A stretch of 20,000 nucleotides of DNA from an uncultured virus (IMG/VR IMGVR_UViG_3300034082_001676). Its lineage: Duplodnaviria; Heunggongvirae; Uroviricota; Caudoviricetes. Under the pieces are notes generated by a model that was not told where the DNA came from, made no database searches, and worked only from the letters and a program-made list of their open reading frames with translations. The position numbers and the translations under genes are program-made. The stretch is taken from IMG/VR virus record IMGVR_UViG_3300034082_001676, positions 52,578 to 72,577 of that record; one strand, written 5' to 3'. Positions 6,794-16,325 of this stretch are shown here, piece by piece; position 1 is the first letter of the stretch, and every line of letters begins with the position of its first letter.

Positions 6794-7036
6794 TCAACTC
6801 CAGTCTGGAAGTGGGCCGCCATATTTCTTGCCCTTGATTCTTTTGCCTTTTACTGTGGTGCGCTCATTGCCAATCTTGTGTGATTTATTGCCGTGTCGAC
6901 CACGATAGCCTTGGCTCTTGCAGCTGGCCAGTTGACTGGCACCTAGTGCAGCATTGGGTTTGCCGCTCGTGCAAAGAGCTCGGCTCGCGGGCTCTTCGTC
7001 TAATTCTTTGTTTTGGATAACTTCAAATATTCGCAT
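6794..7036 (-). CDS. Small basic Gly/Lys/Arg-rich protein, 80 aa (start reassigned to ATG 7036)
   Basis: MRIFEVIQNKELDEEPASRALC...SCKSQGYRGR...KGKKYGGPLPDWS. This start removes the overlap with the upstream gene and lies 4 nt after TAAATA. Confidence 0.8.
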   Translation of the reverse strand: MRIFEVIQNKELDEEPASRALCTSGKPNAALGASQLASCKSQGYRGRHGNKSHKIGNERTTVKGKRIKGKKYGGPLPDWS

Positions 7037-7040
7037 CAAG

Positions 7041-7049
7041 TATTTATTA
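7041..7049 (-). promoter_or_regulatory. T4-like late-promoter-like motif (TAATAAATA)
   Basis: Minus strand reads TAATAAATA-CTTG-ATG; resembles the T4 late consensus TATAAATA; no SD between motif and ATG. Confidence 0.55.
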
Positions 7050-8216
7050 GGATTCAAAAGTTTTGTCGCCGGGCCAAAGAGGCAGTTTGGTACCTGGCGC
7101 TCTTTTAGGTATTTTACTGTCTGCACTGCTTACACAGCTAGGACTAATACAAGGTTTAGGGCCGTCAAAAAGCTGAAATCCTGTTTCTATATTACCTAAC
7201 GGTGCATCGTGGCAACTATAGCTACGTTTAATGCTGCCGTCTGGTTCACGTATAATAATGCCTCTGTAGCCGCTTGAGCATTCCCAATCTGTAAACTTGT
7301 TAAAATTAAAAGCATTGAACCGTTCAGCTTGATCCATGTACCAAATCTTCTGTTCTTTATCTACGAACTCTACTTGAAAATGCTGTGGTATTTTACTGTG
7401 TTCTTGCTTGTAAATAGGATCTGGTGTTTTAAAGAATTTGGGTTCAGGACGTTTAACTAACTTGGTCTTGGTTGCTTTATCTTCAGTGAAGGCACGTTGC
7501 GGCATACCGTTGTGTAGACGTTTTAACATGTCAGGAGTATATCCATCAACTACACGACTAGCAGTGGGATCACTCTGAGGCTTTAGTGTAACATTGATGC
7601 CTTGATTGTGAAAGAACAGAGCATTTTCAAAATCACGTTCAAACCATTCAGGAACCATAACCTGATTAATAGTTATTTGAACATCGTGTTGCTGGCATAG
7701 TATTAGTTTGTCGGCAAACTCCTGCATCTTCTCGGGTGTGTCTACGTGTTCTGTATGTAAACTAGCAGTGATACTAGCACGATGAAATTTACTAACAGCA
7801 GGACAATACTTTTCTTCAAACCATTTAAGTGGTCTACTCATATTGCTAGTCATGTGTACGCTAGTATAGTTTGTGTTTGCTACATCATCATTTAGATAAT
7901 TAAGGATATCAATATAACCAGGATGGAAGGTAGGCTCGCCGCCACTAAGACTAAAATGAAAACTGTTAAAATTGCGTTCTCTAGCTTGTCGTTTGATTTC
8001 ATCTATTGTGCGTAAACACAGTTCGGTTGGTCTGTGGTCTTTTGTATCACTGCGGGCATAGGGCCAGCAATAGCTACAACGGTAATTACAATAACGTCCT
8101 AACAGCCAACTGACTGTAAAGAGATCTTTGTACAACATTGTACGTTGTCCTACACGAACAATATCGTTGTAGGGTATTTGGGTAAAGTCGTAGGCCGACC
8201 AACTTAAATCATTCAT
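7047..8216 (-). CDS. Radical SAM protein with C-terminal Cys region, 389 aa
   Basis: CNYRCSYC, SLSGGEPT, MTSNMS; C-terminal CSSG...DGSIKRSYSC...PCISPSC..AD. Confidence 0.93.
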   Translation of the reverse strand: MNDLSWSAYDFTQIPYNDIVRVGQRTMLYKDLFTVSWLLGRYCNYRCSYCWPYARSDTKDHRPTELCLRTIDEIKRQARERNFNSFHFSLSGGEPTFHPGYIDILNYLNDDVANTNYTSVHMTSNMSRPLKWFEEKYCPAVSKFHRASITASLHTEHVDTPEKMQEFADKLILCQQHDVQITINQVMVPEWFERDFENALFFHNQGINVTLKPQSDPTASRVVDGYTPDMLKRLHNGMPQRAFTEDKATKTKLVKRPEPKFFKTPDPIYKQEHSKIPQHFQVEFVDKEQKIWYMDQAERFNAFNFNKFTDWECSSGYRGIIIREPDGSIKRSYSCHDAPLGNIETGFQLFDGPKPCISPSCVSSADSKIPKRAPGTKLPLWPGDKTFES

Positions 8217-8763
8217 AAGGTTGTTGTAACGGATCTATACTAATTTCATTTACACAAATATCTTTTGGTTGTTCTACAATCCATTTAATATATAGTGCGG
8301 CTTGAACAATGTCTAAACATTTTCTTGTAGGATGTTTAGATTGTACATTTGTTAAACTTCCAAAACTAACTAAGGTAATTTTAGGACCGTTATCCCAAAC
8401 ACCATTCATACCTAGTGTATTGCAGTAGTCTCTCAATGCTTTCTTTTCTGCGTTATACAACCAAGCGCCGCCTTTCTTCACACGGTCAGTGGTAGATCCT
8501 ATGCAAATGATTTGAAGTCTATGATTATTCTCTGTACATTTTTTGTAAACTGCATCTAATAAAATAGTTTGATTAAATTTATGTAAAGCACTACAGTTTA
8601 TAAAGATATCATAATCTAATGTGAGATCCGCTAGTTTTTTCTGATCATCATTTTTTGTTAGATCAAAGCCTGTAGTACGGCTAGCAAAAAAAACATCTGG
8701 GTACAATTTAAATAATTCGGCAGCAAGGCCGTAATTTTTATTTCCTGCTACTAGTATTTTCAT
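8209..8763 (-). CDS. Short atypical SDR-family oxidoreductase, 184 aa
   Basis: N-terminal MKILVAGNKNYGLA (degenerate Gly motif), DIFINCSA, CIGST, catalytic YxxxK (YNAEK), C-terminal VNEISI. Confidence 0.75.
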   Translation of the reverse strand: MKILVAGNKNYGLAAELFKLYPDVFFASRTTGFDLTKNDDQKKLADLTLDYDIFINCSALHKFNQTILLDAVYKKCTENNHRLQIICIGSTTDRVKKGGAWLYNAEKKALRDYCNTLGMNGVWDNGPKITLVSFGSLTNVQSKHPTRKCLDIVQAALYIKWIVEQPKDICVNEISIDPLQQPYE

Positions 8764-9919
8764 ATGATAATTCTGGTATTAAAGTTGCTAGATCTTGGTT
8801 GCGAGACTTGTCTAGTGCGTTTGTATAATGATAAAACTTAGGAAGTTTATGACTCCAGTCTTCTGCATTCATATAATCAATAATTCCTTTGACTTTATCT
8901 ATATGCAGATAAGGTTCTAATAATTTAACCACTTGTTCTTTTAGATGCTGTGGCAAGACCCGGATGTTTAATTCTTCCGGGTGATTTAAAATATTAAAAT
9001 AAATTCTATGTCCGTAGGGAACTGCCCAATCTATTAATTCGTTGAGGCGAAGTATATTATACATCTGTACTGTGCAATGGATCTCTATTGAACAATTTTT
9101 TAATGTTCTTATCTTTTCAAAGTTTTCTTGGATATGCTGCCAACTGCTGGGAAATCTAATATAACGATCAAGTTCTCCTGTTGCATCAATAGAACAATTC
9201 AATTGTACACGTTTAAAATGCGTCCACCGATCTAATAAATGTTTTGGAACATTAGTAAGATTTGTGTTGTATTTCAATCTAATATTTTTAGCAGTACCCC
9301 TATCTATAAAATAATCCAAGAGTTTGTGCTGTGCTTTAATAATTGTTGGCTCGCCGCCTGTTAGATATATTTCTTCTACAGTGTCAGCAATAAGATATAA
9401 ATTTTCCCAAGTTTTTTCTCTTTCAGGCCAATCCATGTTGTTTAATCTATTGTATTCGCTTTGACTAAGAACTTCTCCTATCAAGGGCCATTCTGCTGTC
9501 CACATATTACTAGCATAAGGATTACACATACGACATTTTAGATTACACAAATTACTTAATCGAATGTCAACATATCTAATATTAAATGTCGCCTGGATCG
9601 GATACTCTCGGTCCGTCCCCCATTTATCGTTGGCTGCTTGTCTTGCACTTTTAATACCTGCATCTTCTTCTCGAAAACATCTAACGCACATGTCAGGTCG
9701 TTCTCCATCTAAAAACTGCTGTCTTATTTTTGTATATGTAGGACTATTCCAAGCTTCTAACATATCATCACGTTGTATTTGATATGACGAGCCAGGACTT
9801 TTTAAAATGTTATTGTTTTTGGGATCGCTGTTGCAACAAACACGTAAATTTCCGCTGGCATTTGTAGCCAAATGCATCCATGGCAATACACAGAATGTTT
9901 TAGAAGTTATTTCATCCAT
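8738..9919 (-). CDS. Radical SAM protein with N-terminal twitch-like domain, 393 aa
   Basis: FCVLPWMH...LRVCC...MCVRC, then DIRLSNLCNLKCRMC, YLTGGEP, YNTN, SIDA...YIRFP. Confidence 0.93.
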   Translation of the reverse strand: MDEITSKTFCVLPWMHLATNASGNLRVCCNSDPKNNNILKSPGSSYQIQRDDMLEAWNSPTYTKIRQQFLDGERPDMCVRCFREEDAGIKSARQAANDKWGTDREYPIQATFNIRYVDIRLSNLCNLKCRMCNPYASNMWTAEWPLIGEVLSQSEYNRLNNMDWPEREKTWENLYLIADTVEEIYLTGGEPTIIKAQHKLLDYFIDRGTAKNIRLKYNTNLTNVPKHLLDRWTHFKRVQLNCSIDATGELDRYIRFPSSWQHIQENFEKIRTLKNCSIEIHCTVQMYNILRLNELIDWAVPYGHRIYFNILNHPEELNIRVLPQHLKEQVVKLLEPYLHIDKVKGIIDYMNAEDWSHKLPKFYHYTNALDKSRNQDLATLIPELSYENTSSRK

Positions 9920-11142
9920 TTTTTTAAAAACTCAAATTTTTCAAACGTTTCATCTCTTGCGCCGTCAAGTGTTTTATTATACTCTAAAAACTTATTCCAT
10001 TTAGTGTTATCATATTGTTCAGATCCATTAAAAAATCTAACAACATCTCTAATACTATTGCCTACATTTAATTGTAAACCGTTCAAGTTGTCTTGATGTT
10101 TTAGATAAGATTCTAGTTTTACTTTAATTTCTTGCCGGGCTTCACCGGTCCAGATTCTACTGTCTAAGAACTTTGGCCAAGTGACAAAATGAACTCCTGT
10201 GAACACCTTCATATTTTTGAACCATTCGAACGTTTCGGGGACATAGTAAATGTTCAGCGCCTGTACTGTTATTTTTCCCTGTATAAAAACATTAGGTAAT
10301 TCTTTCTGCAATAGTCTTATGTTATCTTCGATTACTTTGCTATCTGCTCCTGATCTAATATATTCATTAAGATCTGGAGGCCCATCTAAACTCACTGCTG
10401 CAATAACTTTTTTAAATTTTTTCCAGTAATCAACTACATTGTATTTTTTATTAGATAGCATACTTAAATTAGTTGCATAATTTAAAGTAATCTTATCAGC
10501 GCGATGCATTACACTTTCAAGAATTCTATAATGATCATTGTCGTATAAAGGTTCGCCGCCCGCAAACCAAATTTCATCTACATTACTCATCAACTCTGGT
10601 AAGTTTTCAAAAAATTCTTCCGGATAACTCTTTAACAATGATTTTTTAGTTAGATTAAGATCTATCATTTCTTGTTGCCAACTATCTTCGTGTAGGTGTG
10701 ATATTTTTTTATAATCTTCAAACCAACGTGTACTATCCATAGGGTGGCACATACGACATTTAAAATTGCAAAGATTGCTAAGTTTAAATTCTATCCAAGT
10801 AGGCTTATTGTTTAAACTATAATCTTCGTTAATAGATTTTAAATTTGTTTCTGCATTAATTACCTGTCTGCCCACTGAAGAGCTGTTGTACTTCATACGA
10901 AGACTTTGGGCGCCAACATCTTCCAGTTTCCAGCAGACATCACAGCGTTCGTTTCTAACGCCGTTTATAAGGTCGTTGCGAAGCTGTTTCATTTCTTCGT
11001 TGTTCCAGGCCTGAAGCAAAGTTTCTTTTTTAATATTTGATAATGCTGGCAAACTTCTGCAGCAGGCCTTTATACTACCGTCAGTTTTAGTAGATAGGTG
11101 TGTAAACGGAGCAATACAAAAAGTTTCTTTTTTTACATCCAT
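9907..11142 (-). CDS. Radical SAM protein with N-terminal twitch-like domain, 411 aa
   Basis: FCIAPFTH...IKACC...RCDVC, then SNLCNFKCRMC, FAGGEP, YATN, SLDG...YIR. Confidence 0.93.
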   Translation of the reverse strand: MDVKKETFCIAPFTHLSTKTDGSIKACCRSLPALSNIKKETLLQAWNNEEMKQLRNDLINGVRNERCDVCWKLEDVGAQSLRMKYNSSSVGRQVINAETNLKSINEDYSLNNKPTWIEFKLSNLCNFKCRMCHPMDSTRWFEDYKKISHLHEDSWQQEMIDLNLTKKSLLKSYPEEFFENLPELMSNVDEIWFAGGEPLYDNDHYRILESVMHRADKITLNYATNLSMLSNKKYNVVDYWKKFKKVIAAVSLDGPPDLNEYIRSGADSKVIEDNIRLLQKELPNVFIQGKITVQALNIYYVPETFEWFKNMKVFTGVHFVTWPKFLDSRIWTGEARQEIKVKLESYLKHQDNLNGLQLNVGNSIRDVVRFFNGSEQYDNTKWNKFLEYNKTLDGARDETFEKFEFLKKWMK

Positions 11143-13100
11143 CCGCCTTCTCCGTGTATAATCATATGGTATCTTGTCTCGTTGCTTTTATTAATTACAA
11201 TATGGAAATAGCCAATTCTTATTCTATTGGTATCACCAGCCTCCCAAGGAACCTGTCCTAAGTATTCCCAATTCTTGTTCCAAAAATGCATTTCGCAGCC
11301 TTCTGGATTGATTATAGCCATGTTGGTTGCCCAGGTATTTGGATCAGGATTATCAGAATGCAGTCCTATCATTCCGCCTGGATCTAGCTTCATTATTCGA
11401 AGTCTATGGTATCTGTCTTTAAACTTGTTTTCTTTAAACCAATTAACCAAGTTTGGGCAGTGTTCAATTGCTTCTTGAGTCCATTCGTAGGGAGCTGAGT
11501 CATTATTGTCATAGCCGTACACTTCATACCCTTCAGTTTTATCATACCCTAATCCGTGCAATACAAAACTTGACCAACCTCTGTGTAATTGCACTCCTTT
11601 AACATAATTATCACTTCTATGACGTGTGAATAAATTAAGATTCTCTAAAGATTTGATCTCATCAACAAAGTCTTTGTAGGGTAATTTAATGTCAATTGTT
11701 TTGTAAAAATTTCCCACAGCATTCGGTAAACTATTTGGTCCGGAACTTCTATGATTGTTGATTCCAACGCCTGACCAAGAAAAATTTAAATTATAGGATA
11801 GCAGTTCTGTTAGGTAAGCCTGAAGACTGTCGTCTCGATACAGTTGAGTTAAACTAGGAATGTAGCGTAGTACATTACTAAACCAAACATAGGGATGACT
11901 AGAAGTTTTCACGGCCTGTTTAATATTATCGTCTAGATGAATTATATCACCTTTAACAAAGTGAAAATTACAAGTTTTAATAATATTCCATTTTTCTTTA
12001 ATTTCAAATAGAAGTTTATCTTCATCTACTGATTGGCCTTTTGAACCAAATCTAATTAGACTATAGTCTTTGTTAAATTCTTCAACAATGTCTGAATAGC
12101 TGTCAAAGTTATAAAGATTATCTAAAATGTATTTTTGAAAGTCTAGACAGTTTTGATTTACATCAACAAAATAGATATTTGAATTAGGCTGAAGATCAAA
12201 TTTCGCAAGATAACTCCACGGAATAATTCCGCTGGCCACAGCAATAAAACAATCAACTTTTAAATTGTTATCAATTGATGTAGATTCTGTATTATAGGCC
12301 CAAAATCCTGCTTCGGGATTTAATAATGTTTTCCATTTGATTAAAAATTCTTTGTGGCCTTTTACTTGCGTTTCTATTTTGTTAATTTCAGATAACGGTT
12401 TATCTATCAATGCTTCGAGATCATTTGGTCTATTTAAATGATAGGTATAAGTTCTATTGTTTCTAAGTTCTTGAGGTAAGTTGTGTACAGTGTAATTTTT
12501 GTTAATAACAAATTTAATTAGATCATGAAAAAGACAAAATTCTGAATTTTTCTTTTCTATTTGCACAGTTTCTTCAGTTCCTTTTTTTATCCACAAAGGA
12601 GTATAGTTGTCGTGTATATTTGATTCACTTCGGTCGATTAGCGGCCAACTGGTATCACTATATTCAAATGTCTCTTCTATTGTAAAACCCTCAGTTACTA
12701 TGTCGGTTATAACTCTCTTAGAAATTATAAGGCATTGCTCATGCAATCCAAAGAAAGATTTCCAGTTATTGTTTTTAATTGAATGATCGATGATATGTCC
12801 AGCTATTGCAGGATCTGTTTTTATAAATTCTAATAGACCGTTGGCTACAGGGACTGGATTTAAGAAAATAGTTCCCGATGGTACTATAAACAAAAAATCT
12901 GCAGATTCTATACTTGCCTGTTTTATTATTGTGTTTATATTATCCGAAGCAATAATAGAACTGGCAGTACTATTATCTATTACTTCTTTTGCCAAAGTAT
13001 CACCGGTTGTCTTTGACCAATAAAAGGTTAGATCAGCAAAACTTTTTGTTATTCCTTTTGCTAATTTTCTAGTATCCCAGTATCCAAACAGTATTTTCAT
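11133..13100 (-). CDS. Multi-domain protein, 655 aa, with C-terminal Asp/Asn beta-hydroxylase-like 2OG-Fe(II) domain
   Basis: Start reassigned to MKILFG (AAGGA RBS, just after the upstream stop). C-terminal RLRIMKLDPGGMIGLHSD...FHIVIN..TRYHMIIHG gives HxD...H...R. The middle region is Rossmann/MTase-like (FIAVASG, IYFVDVN, VKGDII, VWFSNV). Confidence 0.8.
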   Translation of the reverse strand: MKILFGYWDTRKLAKGITKSFADLTFYWSKTTGDTLAKEVIDNSTASSIIASDNINTIIKQASIESADFLFIVPSGTIFLNPVPVANGLLEFIKTDPAIAGHIIDHSIKNNNWKSFFGLHEQCLIISKRVITDIVTEGFTIEETFEYSDTSWPLIDRSESNIHDNYTPLWIKKGTEETVQIEKKNSEFCLFHDLIKFVINKNYTVHNLPQELRNNRTYTYHLNRPNDLEALIDKPLSEINKIETQVKGHKEFLIKWKTLLNPEAGFWAYNTESTSIDNNLKVDCFIAVASGIIPWSYLAKFDLQPNSNIYFVDVNQNCLDFQKYILDNLYNFDSYSDIVEEFNKDYSLIRFGSKGQSVDEDKLLFEIKEKWNIIKTCNFHFVKGDIIHLDDNIKQAVKTSSHPYVWFSNVLRYIPSLTQLYRDDSLQAYLTELLSYNLNFSWSGVGINNHRSSGPNSLPNAVGNFYKTIDIKLPYKDFVDEIKSLENLNLFTRHRSDNYVKGVQLHRGWSSFVLHGLGYDKTEGYEVYGYDNNDSAPYEWTQEAIEHCPNLVNWFKENKFKDRYHRLRIMKLDPGGMIGLHSDNPDPNTWATNMAIINPEGCEMHFWNKNWEYLGQVPWEAGDTNRIRIGYFHIVINKSNETRYHMIIHGEGGWM

Positions 13101-13101
13101 A

Positions 13102-14226
13102 TTAGTCCTTGTATAGGTATTCAAAACAAGTTCTATGATCTAATCCTCTTAGCTCATCTATTTTATTCAAATATTCTTTTAGTTCTTTTAGTTTTTGTGG
13201 ATCGTGTTTGAGATTTTTAGTCATATTTTTAATTCTATCATTGGGATCATTTTTATATTGTGCTGTTATTTGATCTATTACACTGTGTGGTAAAGCATCC
13301 AATGTCATAAAGATTGGCCAAAATATAATACTTACATTAAAGTTAAGTGAAAAATTAAATTGATTTGAGTATAATCTAATTTTATCAATTTCAAAAATAT
13401 TTAAAGCACCCACTGCTATTTGTAATTTGACCTTGATATTTTTTGATCTTGTAGAAAGCAGTTTATAATTTTCTAAAAGGCTGTCATGATTTGTGGGGAA
13501 TCGTATATATTCATTAATTTGTTTGCCGCCATCTATGCTTAGGCTTAGATTAACTTGTTCAAAATGAGACCACATATCGATCCACTCTTGATCGATGTAA
13601 GTTCCGTTGGTATCATACCAAAGAACAATATTTTTTGCTAGATCTTTTTCAATTAAAAATTCTATAATTTGTCTATGTTTTTTTATTAGTAAAGGTTCTC
13701 CTCCACTAAAGTACAACACTCGTACCTTTGGAACCCATTCTTGATAGTTGTCTAAAAAACTAGGATGTAGGGGCCAGCGAACATTTTCATCCTTCTTAAA
13801 AAATTTGAGATGTTCAAAATTTTCATATTCATCATACCATGTATTGCTGTTGTCAGGAGTACACATTATACATTTTAAATTACACAGATTCCCCAATCTC
13901 AAATCAACTGCCCATGGAAAATCAACGGCCTGTGTTGGATACGATTTTTTTTCTATTTGAGACCATTTTTGATTTTCAAAACTTCGACGGCTTGGAATAC
14001 TTTTTTCTTCGTTAAGTCTACAGGTATCACACTCTGTGGGCCATTTGTTGTTTAAAAATTGTTCTCGAACACGTTGATAATCTTGACCTTGCCATATGTC
14101 TTCTAGGCTATTTTTGTTTACATGAAGATTGCCTAGTGTCTTTGATTGACAACACAGTCTAACTTTTCCGTGATTGGTTGTACTTAAATTAACAAAAGGT
14201 GCTACACAAAATATATTTTTATTCAT
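13102..14226 (-). CDS. Radical SAM protein with N-terminal twitch-like domain, 374 aa
   Basis: FCVAPFVN...VRLCC...ECDTC, then DLRLGNLCNLKCIMC, FSGGEP, YDTNG, SIDG...YIRFP. Confidence 0.93.
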   Translation of the reverse strand: MNKNIFCVAPFVNLSTTNHGKVRLCCQSKTLGNLHVNKNSLEDIWQGQDYQRVREQFLNNKWPTECDTCRLNEEKSIPSRRSFENQKWSQIEKKSYPTQAVDFPWAVDLRLGNLCNLKCIMCTPDNSNTWYDEYENFEHLKFFKKDENVRWPLHPSFLDNYQEWVPKVRVLYFSGGEPLLIKKHRQIIEFLIEKDLAKNIVLWYDTNGTYIDQEWIDMWSHFEQVNLSLSIDGGKQINEYIRFPTNHDSLLENYKLLSTRSKNIKVKLQIAVGALNIFEIDKIRLYSNQFNFSLNFNVSIIFWPIFMTLDALPHSVIDQITAQYKNDPNDRIKNMTKNLKHDPQKLKELKEYLNKIDELRGLDHRTCFEYLYKD

Positions 14227-15619
14227 TAAAAATATCCTTCATTTCTGGAAAAGTATCATAGAAAGATATTCCTCTATGTGCATCTATTTTTTCTAGATAG
14301 TCTTTCATTTCCGGCAATCGTTGACTCCAGTCTTCTGACTTCATAAAGCTGATCATGCCTCGAAGTCGTTTCACTCCGTAGCTGTTTGCTAGCCAACGTT
14401 CTTTAGTTATCTTTCCTCTATCTTTTTCAGATAGACACAATTCCCAGTTTTCTTCAAACCAAGGAATAAACTCTTCGTACTTGCGTTCACATTCATCTTT
14501 GAACCATTGTGGCAATACTTTTACATTTAAGAAAGCTGGCCAATAGACAAAGTGATAGTTTATACCTCCTGCTCCTAACGGCCACATATTAACTTTCTTG
14601 AAGTTCTGTTGCAGTTTCCATTTCAAGAAGTCTGGAATGTAATATATGTTTAGGGCATTTACAGCGCAGGCAATAGTTACTTCTACATTGTCTGTGGTCT
14701 GCTCGTCAAGTATACGGAATACTTGTTGTGTACGTTCCCACTTGCTGGGATACCGAATGTATTCATTCATAGCACCTATGCTGTCTACGCTGTAATGGAA
14801 TCGTACAATTTTAAAGTGGCTCCATAACTCAAACAGATCTTCACGCCATTCTACTCCATTGCTGTTGTAGCGAATCTCAATGTCTTTGGCACGACCCTGT
14901 CGAATAATCTCTTCCAGGATCTCGTAGTGTTCGTCGATGATTAGGGGTTCTCCGCCTGCAAAGTAAACCTGTTGCATATGTGGAATCTGTTCATAGAACT
15001 GTTGCCAGAACACAGGATTTTGTTTGTGCCAATTATAACTACTGCCGTTGATACTGCCCTTGTTATCCCATTGCCATATTTTTTTAACTCCCTCACTTTC
15101 CAGTGTGGGGAACACCTTCTGCCAATCTTTGATCCAGCCACTGCTGTCATGTGGGCTGCACATGATACAGGCCAATTGGCATTTGGTTCCAAAACGTAGA
15201 TCAATGTAGGCCAGCTGTGGGGGAACACTACCGTCTTCGTTGGTTTCGTTGATCAACTTGTCTACGCTTACACGTTGTTTCCAATACTCAGTTTCCCATT
15301 GACGTTTGCTATTATGACCAGCAGCTTCTTCTTTATAACATTTAGTACAGCTAGGAGGTTGTTCGCCGGCCAACATCTGCTTACGCACATTCTTCATGTA
15401 GTTGCTATTCCAAGCTGTTTGAAAGTCTGTGTTGTTGAGATTGCTTGGGAGACCTTCGTCGTCTTTGAGTACTCCTACTTGTGCTCCTCCAAGTTTTTTA
15501 TCGTTGCTGGCACCTACTCCACTGGCATTGGCTGTACAGCACACTCGCATACTGCCGTCTGGTCGAGTGCTTAGATGTACCCAGGGTAGGATACAAAATG
15601 TTTTACTAGGATAACTCAA
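14219..15619 (-). CDS. Radical SAM protein with N-terminal twitch-like domain, 466 aa (TTG start)
   Basis: FCILPWVH...MRVCC...SCTKC, then DLRFGTKCQLACIMC, FAGGEP, YNSNG, YIRYP. TTG lies 1 nt after the upstream stop. Confidence 0.92.
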   Translation of the reverse strand: MSYPSKTFCILPWVHLSTRPDGSMRVCCTANASGVGASNDKKLGGAQVGVLKDDEGLPSNLNNTDFQTAWNSNYMKNVRKQMLAGEQPPSCTKCYKEEAAGHNSKRQWETEYWKQRVSVDKLINETNEDGSVPPQLAYIDLRFGTKCQLACIMCSPHDSSGWIKDWQKVFPTLESEGVKKIWQWDNKGSINGSSYNWHKQNPVFWQQFYEQIPHMQQVYFAGGEPLIIDEHYEILEEIIRQGRAKDIEIRYNSNGVEWREDLFELWSHFKIVRFHYSVDSIGAMNEYIRYPSKWERTQQVFRILDEQTTDNVEVTIACAVNALNIYYIPDFLKWKLQQNFKKVNMWPLGAGGINYHFVYWPAFLNVKVLPQWFKDECERKYEEFIPWFEENWELCLSEKDRGKITKERWLANSYGVKRLRGMISFMKSEDWSQRLPEMKDYLEKIDAHRGISFYDTFPEMKDIFNE

Positions 15620-15620
15620 T

Positions 15621-16259
15621 TTATGACCTTACAAAAAATAGATTAAAATTCTCAACCCTATGAACTTCCCAACCTAACGGTTTCATAAAATTAACAAATC
15701 GCCAGAAAGGAACATCCGATTCAATACAAATGAGCTCTAATTCTGTTAGAGTCTCCCACGGAATACTAACCATTAACTCAAGATTAAATGATTCAACATC
15801 TATACTTATAAAATTATAATTAGTATTATGAAATATATCTTTTACTTTTATAGTATCTACTATAGTTTCTAATACTTTACCGTAATAAATGTTTTCATTT
15901 CTCAATATTTCTTTAGTGGAGTGTTCAAAAGAAAACCCGCCAACACCATTGCCGACTTCAAAGTGATCCATTCGATGTGTTTCGTAGAATTTCATTTGAG
16001 CTGGATAGTTATTGGGAACCGCAGCAGCTTCTATCAGTCTTATATTTGTTGTTAGATTTCTTTCTTCATAGTTGCTTTTTAATCTTTTAAACACCCAAGG
16101 AGAAGGTTCAATGACAGTACCCTGCCAACCTAGTTCAGCTAGAGCAAGAGTGTTGCTTGCCGCCACACCATCAAATGCACCTATGTCTAGATAACGGCCT
16201 ATGCGTCCGTTAAAGAAATTTAATATAATTTCTTGTTCGTTGTTTTGTGAATATTTCAT
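15621..16259 (-). CDS. FkbM-family SAM-dependent methyltransferase, 212 aa
   Basis: YSQNNEQ, YLDIGAFDG..SNT..L..LGWQGTVIEP, FISIDVES, LICIE. Confidence 0.9.
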   Translation of the reverse strand: MKYSQNNEQEIILNFFNGRIGRYLDIGAFDGVAASNTLALAELGWQGTVIEPSPWVFKRLKSNYEERNLTTNIRLIEAAAVPNNYPAQMKFYETHRMDHFEVGNGVGGFSFEHSTKEILRNENIYYGKVLETIVDTIKVKDIFHNTNYNFISIDVESFNLELMVSIPWETLTELELICIESDVPFWRFVNFMKPLGWEVHRVENFNLFFVRS

Positions 16260-16325
16260 ATTTTAAATTTTCGTGCTTTCATATCGTGTGTGCAGAAACA
16301 AGAATTAAATGGACATCTTACAGGT
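16212..16325. repeat. Direct repeat, copy A (98 bp identical plus 16 bp with 3 mismatches)
   Basis: 16212-16309 is identical to 17203-17300; similarity extends to 16325/17316; offset 991 bp. Confidence 0.97.

Noticed and set aside
7037..7126. 30-aa N-terminal extension of the small basic protein
   Set aside because: It overlaps the radical SAM C-terminus; ATG 7036 after TAAATA is the better start.
5342..8216. Viperin, QueE, MoaA or PqqE assignment for the CNYxCSYC proteins
   Set aside because: Only generic radical SAM motifs match. Family-specific context (viperin CxFCFH, QueE CDT with queC/queD, moa or pqq partners) is absent.
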